A stretch of 64,000 nt of DNA from Minisyncoccia bacterium (GCA_964229335.1 CAXRCZ010000001.1:742-64741); one strand, 5' to 3'. Shown: positions 16,249 through 25,751, counted from the first letter of the stretch. Numbers and translations: made by a program. Notes: generated by a model from the sequence alone, not told the origin.

Positions 16249-16709
16249 AGGTAGCGATACAAAACAATTCCGCCAGTGACGGCCACATTGAGAGACTCTT
16301 TTTCTCCTCGCATTGGCAGCTCAAGAATGGTGTCTGCGGTATGTGTAGCTTCTGCTGAAACTCCGTCTATCTCGTTACCGAGAATATAAGCCACCTGTTC
16401 TGGTGGAGTAAAATCCTCCAGACTGACTGAGCCTTTGGCTTGCTCTACGGCCACTACGGTGACGTTTTCTTTTTTTAGTTCTTGCAACAATTCAGCCATA
16501 TCATCACGCGATTCCCATTCAACTGATGAAGTGGCGCCAAGAGAAGTCTTTTGTATCTCAGATTGCAGACGACCAAATCGATCGACGGGTTTTGGCGTGT
16601 AGCCAACCAAGAATATTTTATTTACTCCAGCACCGTCGGCAGTACGAAACAACGAGCCAACATTATGGGCACTACGAATATTTTCGAGTATCAGATACCT
16701 CATTATCAT
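16245..16709 (-). CDS. SpoU/TrmH-family RNA 2'-O-methyltransferase
   Basis: LILENIRSAHNVGSLFRTADGAGV, ILGNEIDGVS and ESLNVAVTGGIVLY are SPOUT motifs 1 to 3. The start is trimmed to an internal ATG (16709 or 16703), because the track's extension runs into the tRNA-Lys leader. Confidence 0.75.
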   Translation of the reverse strand: MIMRYLILENIRSAHNVGSLFRTADGAGVNKIFLVGYTPKPVDRFGRLQSEIQKTSLGATSSVEWESRDDMAELLQELKKENVTVVAVEQAKGSVSLEDFTPPEQVAYILGNEIDGVSAEATHTADTILELPMRGEKESLNVAVTGGIVLYRYL

Positions 16710-16815
16710 GAAGAGTAGCAAAATTGACTCCCTGCTACCAGACAGGAGGTTGATTTGAGTCTTAATCATGCTATAGTTTTGCCACCAAAAAAGCACTGCT
16801 TGTCCAATGCAGTGT

Positions 16816-16888
16816 CCGCCCATAGCTCAGTTGGTAGAGCAGCGGCCTTTTAAGCCGAGGGTCCTAGGTTCGAGTCCTAGTGGGCGGA
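16816..16888 (+). tRNA. tRNA-Lys (anticodon TTT)
   Basis: Acceptor stem is CCGCCCA/TGGGCGG. D arm is TAGCTCAGTTGGTAGAGC. The anticodon loop is CTTTTAA. T arm is CTAGG-TTCGAGT-CCTAG and the discriminator is A. The first base pair, C1-G72, is unusual. Confidence 0.85.
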
Positions 16889-16928
16889 CACTGCATTGGA
16901 CTTTTTAGTAAAACTTACCTTGGTTAAT

Positions 16929-17017
16929 AGCGAAGTTGGTAGAGGTGAGACAGTCTGGGAGACTGTCGAACGACTTTTAAGCCGAGGGTCCTAGGTTCGA
17001 GTCCTAGTGGGCGGACA
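16929..17017 (+). pseudogene. tRNA-Lys remnant: degenerate D arm, inserted hairpin, and a perfect copy of the 3' half
   Basis: AGCGAAGTTGGTAGAG (16929-16944) is D-arm-like. GACAGTCT-GGG-AGACTGTC is an inserted hairpin. 16974-17017 is identical to 16847-16890 over 44 nt, running from the anticodon loop to one base past the discriminator. There is no 5' acceptor strand. Confidence 0.6.
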
Positions 17018-17068
17018 GTGGGTTTAACTAATTGTTCTTTGGTACCCATTGATCAACGGAGATTTATT

Positions 17069-17260
17069 ATGAGATTACGACACATATTGTTAACTGGAAC
17101 ACATCAGTCGTCGGGAGTGTTGGGAAATGCAGGTACTTGGTATGTGGGTAGCAAGTACTGCGGGCCATCAGATGCAAGTGTAGACCTTGTAGATATGGAT
17201 AGTATAGAAAATCTTCGCGGCTATGATTTTACCCGTCATACTGCTTATGCCGATGTATGA
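17069..17260 (+). CDS. hypothetical 63-aa protein
   Basis: The ORF runs from an internal ATG and is followed by a good terminator. I recognise no motif. Confidence 0.35.
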   Translation: MRLRHILLTGTHQSSGVLGNAGTWYVGSKYCGPSDASVDLVDMDSIENLRGYDFTRHTAYADV

Positions 17261-17283
17261 TTTTTATGAAATAGTTCCCACCT

Positions 17284-17318
17284 GAAGCGCTCACAAGGTA
17301 GAGCGCTTCTTTATTTTT
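17284..17318 (+). terminator. intrinsic terminator
   Basis: GAAGCGCTC-ACAAGGTA-GAGCGCTTC followed by TTTATTTTT. Confidence 0.65.
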
Positions 17319-17356
17319 ATCTTTTTAGGTTAAGGCTTTATTGCTAAACTACAGTC

Positions 17357-17887
17357 ATGAAAGTTGTAGTAGGTTCAAATAACCCAGTGAAGGTAGCGGC
17401 TGTGCGAGAAGCTTTTTCTGCTGTATTTCCTACACGAGATTTTACGTACGAGAGTTGTTCGGCGGCGTCGAATGTTTCGGAGCAACCTATCGGGTCAAAA
17501 GAAACACGAGCTGGTGCTTACAATCGAGCGGAAGACTGCAAACTTATGTGTCCAGAAGCTGATTTCTGGGTTGGGCTAGAGGGTGGAATCGAAAAAGAGG
17601 AAAATCAATATTGGGTCATCGCTTGGATGTGCGTTATGAGTCCAACAAAGATTGGGTACGGTAAGGCGGGAGCGTTTGCGCTACCAAACCAAATCACCAC
17701 CCTACTTGAGCAAGGCACAGAATTGGGTCACGCTACCGATAGTGTATTTAAAGAAGTGAATTCAAAACACAGAAGCAGCACCGTCGGATTACTGACTGAT
17801 GATGTAATTACTCGAACAGATTATTATCGTGAGGCATTGGTGTATGCCCTTATTCCCTTCAACAAACCTGAGTTGTACAGTGAGTAG
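17357..17887 (+). CDS. yjjX: inosine/xanthosine triphosphatase (YjjX family non-canonical NTPase)
   Basis: MKVVVGSNNPVKVAAVREAF...SEQPIGSKETRAGAYNRA...PEADFWVGLEGGI follows the YjjX pattern closely. Confidence 0.8.
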   Translation: MKVVVGSNNPVKVAAVREAFSAVFPTRDFTYESCSAASNVSEQPIGSKETRAGAYNRAEDCKLMCPEADFWVGLEGGIEKEENQYWVIAWMCVMSPTKIGYGKAGAFALPNQITTLLEQGTELGHATDSVFKEVNSKHRSSTVGLLTDDVITRTDYYREALVYALIPFNKPELYSE

Positions 17888-17919
17888 TATCCTCGGCTAC
17901 TCTTTAGGAAGATACAATC

Positions 17920-18624
17920 TTATAACTTTAATACCCATTCTTCTAACGCTAGGTTGATATCGGTTTTTCCTTGATGAGCGTCATGGTACAGAGACAAAAG
18001 TGATTGGCTAAGTTGGTCTACTTCTCCTGACTTAAAGTTGCGCAAGGCATTTTTGGCTTTTTTGTATGGGTACTCTTTCATTCCCGCTGCCTCAGCACTA
18101 TCGGTTAGGGTGGCAAGTCTGAGCGCTTTTAATTGCCACCATAGTATGCCGATGGTCTTTTCAGCAACGACGCCGGTAGACTGCGCGGTGGTGAGTAATA
18201 TCCATAAGTTTTTCTTATCTTTCCTAGCCAGCGCTTCAGCCAAAGTGAACATATTAAAACTCTCGGGTTTTTCGGCGGCAAATTCCTCAAAAGTTGCAGC
18301 GTGTTTTTGATACTTCTTTTTGGCCGCTGCTAGCAAGCTTCCTTCCAAGACCACTACCTGGTGCGTTGATTCAGCCAATTGCGGCAAAATGGCTTCGAGT
18401 TCGGTTTGAAGTTCTTCATTACTAGATGGTGAATCGATAGTAATAGTGATTTGTTCTGCAAAAAGTGATTCGCTACCAACCGCACCAGCCAGCTCTCCGG
18501 ATTGATACTCTACAGGGTCAATGTTCACTACTGTACCCTCGCCTCGTTCTTGGAGCCAGGCATGGCTCGCATCGACTAATTTTTTTCTATCTGTACCAAA
18601 GAAAACTGCTAACATATTATTCAC
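17920..18624 (-). CDS. possible DNA polymerase III delta subunit (HolA-like)
   Basis: 234 aa. It lies immediately downstream of polA and overlaps it by 8 nt. The helical C-terminal half (ILWWQLKALRLA) resembles the clamp-loader delta subunit. The call is weak. Confidence 0.4.
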   Translation of the reverse strand: MNNMLAVFFGTDRKKLVDASHAWLQERGEGTVVNIDPVEYQSGELAGAVGSESLFAEQITITIDSPSSNEELQTELEAILPQLAESTHQVVVLEGSLLAAAKKKYQKHAATFEEFAAEKPESFNMFTLAEALARKDKKNLWILLTTAQSTGVVAEKTIGILWWQLKALRLATLTDSAEAAGMKEYPYKKAKNALRNFKSGEVDQLSQSLLSLYHDAHQGKTDINLALEEWVLKL

Positions 18625-21007
18625 TCTGGTATGGTTTTAAGTCAGCCCAATTATCGCCCACTTTCACTTCAGCAATAATTGGTACTCCTTTAGTTTTCTT
18701 ATTGTCTAGCACTGAGGTCATGATGGTCAGCAGTTCTGGCACCACGACAGACAATTCTTTTTCTTTAATTTCAAAAATGAGTTCATCGTGAATTTGCAGC
18801 AGCATCCGCACTGTATCAGACAGCTGGTTTGCCTCTATATAGCCTGCAATACGTACCATAGCAATCCGAATGATATCAGCTTGGGTACCTTGAATCGGAG
18901 CATTGATAGCCATTCGCTCAGCAGCCGCTCGGATGAAGGGTACGCTGGAGTTTATTCCCGGAAAATGCCGGCGACGGGAGAAGAGTGTCTCGGTGTACCC
19001 TTTTTGATGTGCTTCTGATTTACTCTCTTCGAGATACTCCGCTAGGGTAGTGAAGGTGTTGAAGTACGCGTTCAAAAACTCTTGTGCTTCTGCCCGAGTA
19101 GTGCCATCTCCCAGGTTTTGCCGTAATGCATTTACTCCCATCCCGTAGAGGATGCCGAAATTTATCACCTTGGCTTGTCGTCGCATGTTAGTAGTGACCT
19201 CTTCTTCACTAACCTTAAATACCCGAGCCGCTACCCCTTGGTGAACGTCTTCCCCATTCTTAAAAATTTCTAGGAGAGCTGGATCCTCAGAGAGGATAGC
19301 AGCGATACGCAACTCGATTTGCGAATAATCTATAGCGACAAGTTTGTACCCAGGACTAGCCACAAAAGCTCGGCGAATGGCTTGTCCATCCTCAGTACGG
19401 GTCGGAATGTTTTGGAGATTTGGATCCTTACTCCCCATTCGACCAGTAGTGGTGCCAGTTTGCAGGAAGGTGGTGTGAATTTTGCCGTCGTCTGCTACTA
19501 GCTTAGGCAAGGTGTCGATGTACGTTGATAGTAGTTTTTGGAGTTCTCGATACCGCAAAATCTCTGGGATGATAGCGTGGTCATTAAGTAATTTTTCTAG
19601 CTCTGACTCTTTGGTAGACCGTTGTCCCCCAGCGGTCTTTTTAGCGTTCTTGGGTTTTAGTCCTAGTTCATCAAACAATACCTCTCCCAGTTGTTTTGGT
19701 GAATTGATATTAAACTCCTTGCCAGCGTGCTGATAAATATTTTTTTCAAGTTTGCTTAGCTCGGTATGCAAACGCTTTGAAAGCTGATTCAAGTACGCTA
19801 CATCAAGTGTGATACCTTGGGATTCCATACCAGCGATAACCTCAATCAGTGGTTGCTCTACATCAGTAAATAAACTCCACAAGTTTTCGTTTTTTACCCG
19901 TTCAATTAACTCCTGGTTAATATCTGGCCAGCTTTCTTTTTTGAGATAGGCTTTACCATATTCAATAATATCTTCGATAGAAGCGTTGTTGCGTTCACTA
20001 TCAAGTAGCCACAGGAGGATAGCGGCTTCTTTATGTTCGCTGGCAGTAATGTCTGTGACTGCTAAATCAGCGTCAGTTTGTGATATCTCGAATAGGCGCC
20101 GCACGCGTTCTGTCACCGCTCTAAATCCTAAATCACTAAAGAGCGACAAGATGGCTTCAGGCTTAGCGTTCTGTTGCCAGGCAGTGTCTTCAACCGAAAA
20201 GCTTTCTAATGCGTCGGTACGAATGGTGGCTAGCATTTTGGAGAACTCGGCCTCCTCTTGGCCGTCTTTCAGTAGTCCGATAACACGCGGTGTTAATCCC
20301 GCCTCAGAAAACGGCGTTTCATCCTTCGCCAATTTTTTATAGATAGCCTCAAGCGAACCGAAGGTGGTAATGAGAGTGGTGGCTGTTTTTTCACCGATAC
20401 CAACAATACCTGGAATATTGTCTGAAGTATCTCCACGCAAACCTTTGTAGTCTGGCAGTAAGGTAGGAGCAAATCCGAACCGTTCTTTAACGGCTTTTTC
20501 ATCATAGAGAACAGTGTCCTTGATACCCTTTTTTAAGGTATACACTTGCACTCGTTTTTTCTCGACACACTGCATCGTGTCCATATCACCAGAAGCGATA
20601 ATTACGCGCAGGTTATTTTGGTCTTTGGTGAGGTGGGCAATAGTACCTAAGATATCGTCAGCTTCAAAACCGGGCTTTTCATATATTGGTATTCCAAACG
20701 CTGCAAATATGTCACGCGAACGGTTGATTTGAGCCACGAGCGATTCATCGGTTTTAGCCCGCCCAGCCTTGTACGAGTCGTAGGCATCGTGACGATAGGT
20801 TGGCTCTGGTAAGTCGTAGCAGGCAGCGATATAGGTGGGTTTAAATTCCTCCACTATCTTGAGGAGCATAGTCGTGACCCCGTAGAGGGCTCCGGTCGGT
20901 TCTCCGGTCGGTGAAGAAAAATCTGGTAGCGCGTGATACGCTCGGTGTAGTACCGCGTGAGCATCAAGCAAAACCAGTGTTTCTTCGGTTCCCTTTTTAG
21001 TAGCCAT
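18617..21007 (-). CDS. polA: DNA polymerase I
   Basis: 796 aa. The 5'-3' exonuclease N-terminus contains LLDAHAVLHRAYHA and GDTSDNIPGIVGIGEKTA. Polymerase motif A is AIDYSQIELRIAA, motif B is RRQAKVINFGILYGM, and motif C is LQIHDELIFE. Confidence 0.95.
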   Translation of the reverse strand: MATKKGTEETLVLLDAHAVLHRAYHALPDFSSPTGEPTGALYGVTTMLLKIVEEFKPTYIAACYDLPEPTYRHDAYDSYKAGRAKTDESLVAQINRSRDIFAAFGIPIYEKPGFEADDILGTIAHLTKDQNNLRVIIASGDMDTMQCVEKKRVQVYTLKKGIKDTVLYDEKAVKERFGFAPTLLPDYKGLRGDTSDNIPGIVGIGEKTATTLITTFGSLEAIYKKLAKDETPFSEAGLTPRVIGLLKDGQEEAEFSKMLATIRTDALESFSVEDTAWQQNAKPEAILSLFSDLGFRAVTERVRRLFEISQTDADLAVTDITASEHKEAAILLWLLDSERNNASIEDIIEYGKAYLKKESWPDINQELIERVKNENLWSLFTDVEQPLIEVIAGMESQGITLDVAYLNQLSKRLHTELSKLEKNIYQHAGKEFNINSPKQLGEVLFDELGLKPKNAKKTAGGQRSTKESELEKLLNDHAIIPEILRYRELQKLLSTYIDTLPKLVADDGKIHTTFLQTGTTTGRMGSKDPNLQNIPTRTEDGQAIRRAFVASPGYKLVAIDYSQIELRIAAILSEDPALLEIFKNGEDVHQGVAARVFKVSEEEVTTNMRRQAKVINFGILYGMGVNALRQNLGDGTTRAEAQEFLNAYFNTFTTLAEYLEESKSEAHQKGYTETLFSRRRHFPGINSSVPFIRAAAERMAINAPIQGTQADIIRIAMVRIAGYIEANQLSDTVRMLLQIHDELIFEIKEKELSVVVPELLTIMTSVLDNKKTKGVPIIAEVKVGDNWADLKPYQSE

Positions 21008-21042
21008 AGATAATCTTAGTATACTGGTTTTTGCTACAAGGG

Positions 21043-21498
21043 CTATGTGATTAGAGTTTGACTACAAGTGATAGTTCTTGATTGATCGGTGTGTAATTCA
21101 AAGTGCAAGTACAAAGTATCAGCTGGTAAAGCGTTTTTAATCTGCTCTGCCCACTCGATACAAAACAACGTAGCTGGCTCTTTGATTAGTTCTGAAAACC
21201 CTAATGGTCCGAGCTCCTCTTCTGCTTCAAGGCGATAGGCATCCATATGAAACAGTTTGTGCCAAGTCGGATGCTGGCAGTCATACTGTCGCAGTATGAC
21301 GAATGTCGGACTAGTGATTGACTCCTCAATTCCAAGCAACCTCCCTAGCTGCTGTACAAACGTGGTCTTGCCGGCACCAAGGTCGCCAGAGAGGGCTAAG
21401 ACTTTTGCGCCTTGCCTTGACTGGAGTGAAGAAAGAATTTCGTCAGCACGGGCGGCGAGTTCTTCGTGGGTGGTAATTGAAAAAGTCTCATTTTGCAT
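21043..21498 (-). CDS. tsaE: tRNA threonylcarbamoyladenosine biosynthesis ATPase TsaE
   Basis: LSGDLGAGKTTFVQ (P-loop), SPTFVIL and HMDAYRL are TsaE/YjeE signatures. Confidence 0.8.
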   Translation of the reverse strand: MQNETFSITTHEELAARADEILSSLQSRQGAKVLALSGDLGAGKTTFVQQLGRLLGIEESITSPTFVILRQYDCQHPTWHKLFHMDAYRLEAEEELGPLGFSELIKEPATLFCIEWAEQIKNALPADTLYLHFELHTDQSRTITCSQTLIT

Positions 21499-21569
21499 AG
21501 CCAGACTGTACCAAACCGCTCGCTGGCTGCAAAGTGGTATCGGTGGGACGTGCTATCATTTTACTGTAT

Positions 21570-23294
21570 ATGGTTGAATTTAATGATAATCCTGGCAGTC
21601 TCAAATACACCGACCTGCGCCGTCAGGAAGAAGAGCGGTTCGTAGCATCAATCGCACCCCAACGCGGGTATCCGTACGTCAATTTGCGCGGCTATACTAT
21701 CAACCCGGAGGCATTGGGACTAGTGACTGAAGAGCAAGCTCGAAAAGCTGAGTTGGTATGTTTTGAACTGCGTCATCGTACAGTGTTAGTGGCGGTAAAA
21801 GAACCCGAACGCACTGAAGTAAAAGCTGTCATAGATCGTCTCCGAGCAGAACGATACGAACCAGAAATCTATATGTGTTCAAAACCAAGCCTTGAACACG
21901 CCTGGCTACGGTATCAAGATGTCGTCAGCTCAAAGGCTGAAAAGAAAGGCGTGTTTGAAATTGATGCCGAGCATATTTCTCAACTTACCTCCACCATAAA
22001 AGATGTGAGCGGCATTATTAGTGCACTCACTCAGATTAATACTCGTAATAACACCCGCCGGATTTCTGAGACACTTGAACTTATCTTTGCTGGTGCCCTA
22101 GCCCTCAAAGCTTCTGATATACATATTGAGCCAGAAGATGCCGGTATTCGCCTGCGATATCGATTTGATGGAGTATTGACTGACATCACTAGCCTCGACA
22201 GCTATATCTACAACCGCCTGATGTCTCGCTTAAAATTATTATCAGGAATGATTCTTAATACTGCTGACGAAGCACAAGATGGACGGTTTACTTTTCGTTC
22301 CGGAGAACGTGAAATTGAAATTCGTTCTTCTGTGATTCCTGGCTCAGCTGGTGAATCAATCGTGATGCGAATCCTTGATCCGACCATGGCTAGTTTTAAG
22401 ATTGAGAACCTCGGCTTGAATCCCCGAATTAAAGAGGTGATTACCAATGAACTAAAAAAGCCGAATGGCATGATTATTACCACTGGACCAACCGGTTCTG
22501 GTAAAACCACCGCTCTCTACGCTTTTTTACAAGAGACAAATTCAAAAGATGTAAAAATTATTACCATTGAAAACCCAGTTGAATATAAATTGGATGGGAT
22601 TGTACAAACTCAAACCGAGGAGGAATACACTTTTGAACAAGGCTTACGCGCTATTTTACGACAAGACCCTGACATCATTATGGTTGGAGAGATTCGGGAC
22701 AGTGAGGTGGCCACGACAGCCATTCACGCCGCTCAGACTGGTCACTTGGTCTTTACGACTCTGCACACCAATAACGCTGCCGCTGGCTTTGCTCGCTTGA
22801 TAGATTTGGGTGTCGACCCGCGCATGTTAGGCACTTCGCTCAACATCATGATGGGGCAAAGATTGGTTCGCGCACTCTGTACCGAGTGCAAGGTTGCGTA
22901 CTCTCCTACTCCGGCGGAAATTGCCTTAGTGCAAAATGTCTTTGCCTCTCACCCGAGTGCACCTAGTCTTCCAGAACAAGTAATCTTATATAAACCAGTT
23001 GGTTGCTCAGCCTGTGGCAACACCGGGTTTGCTGGCAGGGTGGCTATTTTTGAGGGGATAATAATGGATGAAAAAGTGGAAGAAGCAGTGATTCGAGACC
23101 CGAGAGAGCATGTGATTATAGAAGCCGCTACCCATCAGCAAATACCTAACATGTTGCAAGATGGTATGGAAAAAGTAGTAGCTGGCGTTACCTCGCTCAC
23201 TGAACTCGAACGGGTGATAGAAATTCCAAGAGAAAAAACTGGCACATCTCCAACAAAAAAAGCCGAGGATGATTTCTCAGCTCATATTGTCTGA
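21570..23294 (+). CDS. pilB: GspE/PilB-family type II/IV secretion (type IV pilus assembly) ATPase
   Basis: Walker A is TGPTGSGKTT. The Asp box is IITIENPVEY and Walker B is IIMVGEIRD. The His box is GHLVFTTLHTN. A CxxC...CxxC zinc cluster is present (CTEC...CSAC). The start is taken at ATG 21570. Confidence 0.85.
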   Translation: MVEFNDNPGSLKYTDLRRQEEERFVASIAPQRGYPYVNLRGYTINPEALGLVTEEQARKAELVCFELRHRTVLVAVKEPERTEVKAVIDRLRAERYEPEIYMCSKPSLEHAWLRYQDVVSSKAEKKGVFEIDAEHISQLTSTIKDVSGIISALTQINTRNNTRRISETLELIFAGALALKASDIHIEPEDAGIRLRYRFDGVLTDITSLDSYIYNRLMSRLKLLSGMILNTADEAQDGRFTFRSGEREIEIRSSVIPGSAGESIVMRILDPTMASFKIENLGLNPRIKEVITNELKKPNGMIITTGPTGSGKTTALYAFLQETNSKDVKIITIENPVEYKLDGIVQTQTEEEYTFEQGLRAILRQDPDIIMVGEIRDSEVATTAIHAAQTGHLVFTTLHTNNAAAGFARLIDLGVDPRMLGTSLNIMMGQRLVRALCTECKVAYSPTPAEIALVQNVFASHPSAPSLPEQVILYKPVGCSACGNTGFAGRVAIFEGIIMDEKVEEAVIRDPREHVIIEAATHQQIPNMLQDGMEKVVAGVTSLTELERVIEIPREKTGTSPTKKAEDDFSAHIV

Positions 23295-23387
23295 TTAAAA
23301 AAATATTCAAATAGGCAAATGGTAGCCGGTCAAGACAATGAAAAGAAATTTTGTGATATGTTCAAGCTATCGTCGTTATTTCAAAAT

Positions 23388-23515
23388 GATAACTCTCTAA
23401 GCAAGGCTTCCGCATTGAAAGTGAATGCCGCGCTAAGGCAGTGCGTAGCACTCTCACTCTAGGGTGAGCGCCACAAAACCCCTCGCAACGCATCCAAGTT
23501 GCTTAGAGAGTTATC
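23388..23515. ncRNA. candidate structured RNA closed by a perfect 17-bp helix (strand unresolved)
   Basis: GATAACTCTCTAAGCAA (23388-23404) pairs perfectly with TTGCTTAGAGAGTTATC (23499-23515) around 94 nt. That interior contains internal hairpins such as GCATT-GAAAGTG-AATGC and CTCAC-TCTAGG-GTGAG. No ORF is present. Confidence 0.35.
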
Positions 23516-23551
23516 GTTTCGAACTTTATATACTGAGAGAAACTACGTAAT

Positions 23552-23575
23552 AAAACGCTCATGAATGGGCGTTTT
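23552..23575 (+). terminator. weak terminator-like hairpin
   Basis: AAAACGC-TCATGAATGG-GCGTTTT followed by ATTATT. Confidence 0.45.
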
Positions 23576-23689
23576 ATTATTGGAAGAGCTTGCTTAAGTA
23601 AAATACTAGCATATATAAATAATTTGTCAACTATTTTTGCGAATTTTTCCTTTCTCCGCAAAGCTGGGTAATTTTGTTATACTGCTGGT

Positions 23690-24679
23690 ATGTCAGAGTC
23701 TGCCCGTGCCCCCCTCACCCGCGATGATGCGAGTAGTTTGGATAAATCTCTCAGACCCCAGAGCTGGGATGAGTATGTCGGTCAAAAAAAGACCAAGGAA
23801 AATTTACGTATCCTACTCACCGCTGCTCGTGAGCGTGGTCACGCTGCTGAGCACATATTGCTATATGGTCCTCCTGGGCTAGGGAAAACTACTCTGGCCC
23901 ACCTGATTGCTAAAACTATGGGGACCAATATGCGCATCACCTCAGGACCCGCCATCGAACGTGTGGGCGACTTGGCAGCTATTCTCAGCAATCTATCCCC
24001 TGGGGACGTGCTGTTTATCGACGAAATTCATCGCCTATCAAAAAGTGTGGAGGAAGTATTGTATCCAGCTATGGAGTCTGGGGTGCTCGATATAATCATC
24101 GGCAAAGGTCCGTCGGCTCGCACTGTACAACTAGAGCTTCCACCGTTTACCTTGGTTGCGGCCACCACCCGAATGTCATTACTCTCCTCACCCCTACGAT
24201 CACGATTCTCGGGCGGAACTTTTAGGTTGGACTTCTATCAAGAATCTGAGATTGAACAAATATTAAAACGGTCGGCTGGACTTTTGGAAGTTGAGATTGA
24301 CGAGCAGTTGTTTGCTGATATTGCTGGACGCTGCCGGGCAACTCCGCGTACCGCTAACTATTTATTAAAGCGATGTCGTGATATGGCCCAACTGGAAAAC
24401 ACTTCACTGACACCTGAACTTCTGGAAAAGACGTTCCACCTACTTGATATTGATACTATGGGGCTAGGAAAAAGTGACCGACTGGTACTTGATACATTGG
24501 TGCATAAATTCAATGGCGGTCCAGTTGGACTCACTACTATTGCAGCCGCTACTGGTGAAGAACCTTCAACCATCGAAGAGGTAATAGAACCGTACCTTAT
24601 CCAGTGTGGCTTACTAGAACGAACGCCGCGAGGACGAGTGGTTACAGCTGAGGGACACGCTCATGTTGAAAAATCATAA
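23690..24679 (+). CDS. ruvB: Holliday junction branch-migration helicase RuvB
   Basis: LRPQSWDEYVGQ, LLYGPPGLGKTTLA, LFIDEIHRL and ATTR...PLRSRF are canonical RuvB AAA+ motifs. Confidence 0.95.
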   Translation: MSESARAPLTRDDASSLDKSLRPQSWDEYVGQKKTKENLRILLTAARERGHAAEHILLYGPPGLGKTTLAHLIAKTMGTNMRITSGPAIERVGDLAAILSNLSPGDVLFIDEIHRLSKSVEEVLYPAMESGVLDIIIGKGPSARTVQLELPPFTLVAATTRMSLLSSPLRSRFSGGTFRLDFYQESEIEQILKRSAGLLEVEIDEQLFADIAGRCRATPRTANYLLKRCRDMAQLENTSLTPELLEKTFHLLDIDTMGLGKSDRLVLDTLVHKFNGGPVGLTTIAAATGEEPSTIEEVIEPYLIQCGLLERTPRGRVVTAEGHAHVEKS

Positions 24680-24729
24680 TCACATACCATCATAGTAGAC
24701 AAAATAATATAGGAATTTAGTATAAAAAT

Positions 24730-25269
24730 ATGTCAGGACACAATAAATGGAGCAAAATAAAACACAAAAAAGCCGCGACGGATGCGCAAAAAAGTAAGAT
24801 TTTTTCTAAACACTCAGCCCAAATCGCTCTCGAGGTAAGAAACGCCGGCGGTGATATCAATAGCGCCAATGTGCAAGCAGCGGTAGAGCGCGCTAAAAAG
24901 GATTCGATGCCAAAAGACAACATTCAACGAGCGCTAGACAAAGGAGCAGGAGTGGGTGGAGCGGCGCTTGAGGAAGTCATATTTGAAGGATATGGACCTG
25001 GTGGTGTAGCGATGCTTATAGTAGCAGTGACTGACAACAACAATCGAACGGCGCCAGAAATACGACACGCGTTTTCTCGTGCCGGACTAGAGCTTGGTAC
25101 ACCAGGATCTGCTATGTGGGCATTCACTAAGACTGACGGGCAGTATGTACCCACTAACCCAATGGAGCTCGATGACGAAACCGGTGAAAAATTGGCAAAT
25201 TTTATCGAAAGCTTAGAAGAACAAGACGATGTTACAGCTGTGTATACGGCGGCTGACAGCGATGAATAG
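24730..25269 (+). CDS. yebC: YebC/PmpR-family regulator (short form, 179 aa)
   Basis: MSGHNKWSKIKHKKAATDAQKSKIF...MPKDNIQRALDKG is the YebC N-terminal signature. It is shorter than the usual length of about 240 aa. Confidence 0.8.
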   Translation: MSGHNKWSKIKHKKAATDAQKSKIFSKHSAQIALEVRNAGGDINSANVQAAVERAKKDSMPKDNIQRALDKGAGVGGAALEEVIFEGYGPGGVAMLIVAVTDNNNRTAPEIRHAFSRAGLELGTPGSAMWAFTKTDGQYVPTNPMELDDETGEKLANFIESLEEQDDVTAVYTAADSDE

Positions 25270-25274
25270 TGGGT

Positions 25275-25751
25275 ATGCGGGTGATTGGCATTGATCCTGG
25301 CTACGATAGATTGGGAGTGGCTGTCATTGAACCTGGTGAGAATGGAAAGGAGAAGCTTCTCTATTCCACCTGTATTGAAACAAATCGAGATGACTCCATT
25401 CCAGTGCGTTTACACTCTCTGGGAGAGCAATTAGCGGGAGTGATAGTTGAATACAAACCTGATGCGTTGGGAATTGAGACTTTGTTTTTTAACACCAACC
25501 AGAAGACAGCCATCAATGTCGCAGGCGCACGCGGCATAGTCTTATATGTAGCTCAGGTGGCTGGCTGTACCATTCATGAGTACTCTCCACAGCAGATAAA
25601 AACTGCTATGACTGGGTACGGAAAGAGTGATAAATCAGCTGTAATCGACATGGTGAGACGGTTGGTAGTCAATGCTCCAGCCGACGGTCTCGACGATGAA
25701 TACGATGCGATTGCCGTAGCTGTGACCTGTCTTGCTTCTTGCCACAGATAA
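25275..25751 (+). CDS. ruvC: crossover junction endodeoxyribonuclease RuvC
   Basis: MRVIGIDPGYDRLGVAVIE, LGIETLFFN and DEYDAIAVAVTC carry the catalytic Asp/Glu pattern of RuvC. The start is taken at ATG 25275. Confidence 0.9.
   Translation: MRVIGIDPGYDRLGVAVIEPGENGKEKLLYSTCIETNRDDSIPVRLHSLGEQLAGVIVEYKPDALGIETLFFNTNQKTAINVAGARGIVLYVAQVAGCTIHEYSPQQIKTAMTGYGKSDKSAVIDMVRRLVVNAPADGLDDEYDAIAVAVTCLASCHR

Noticed and set aside
16710-16823. N-terminal extension of the TrmH-like ORF.
   Set aside because: It runs into the tRNA-Lys leader helix. The SPOUT domain begins right after the internal Met codons at 16709 and 16703.
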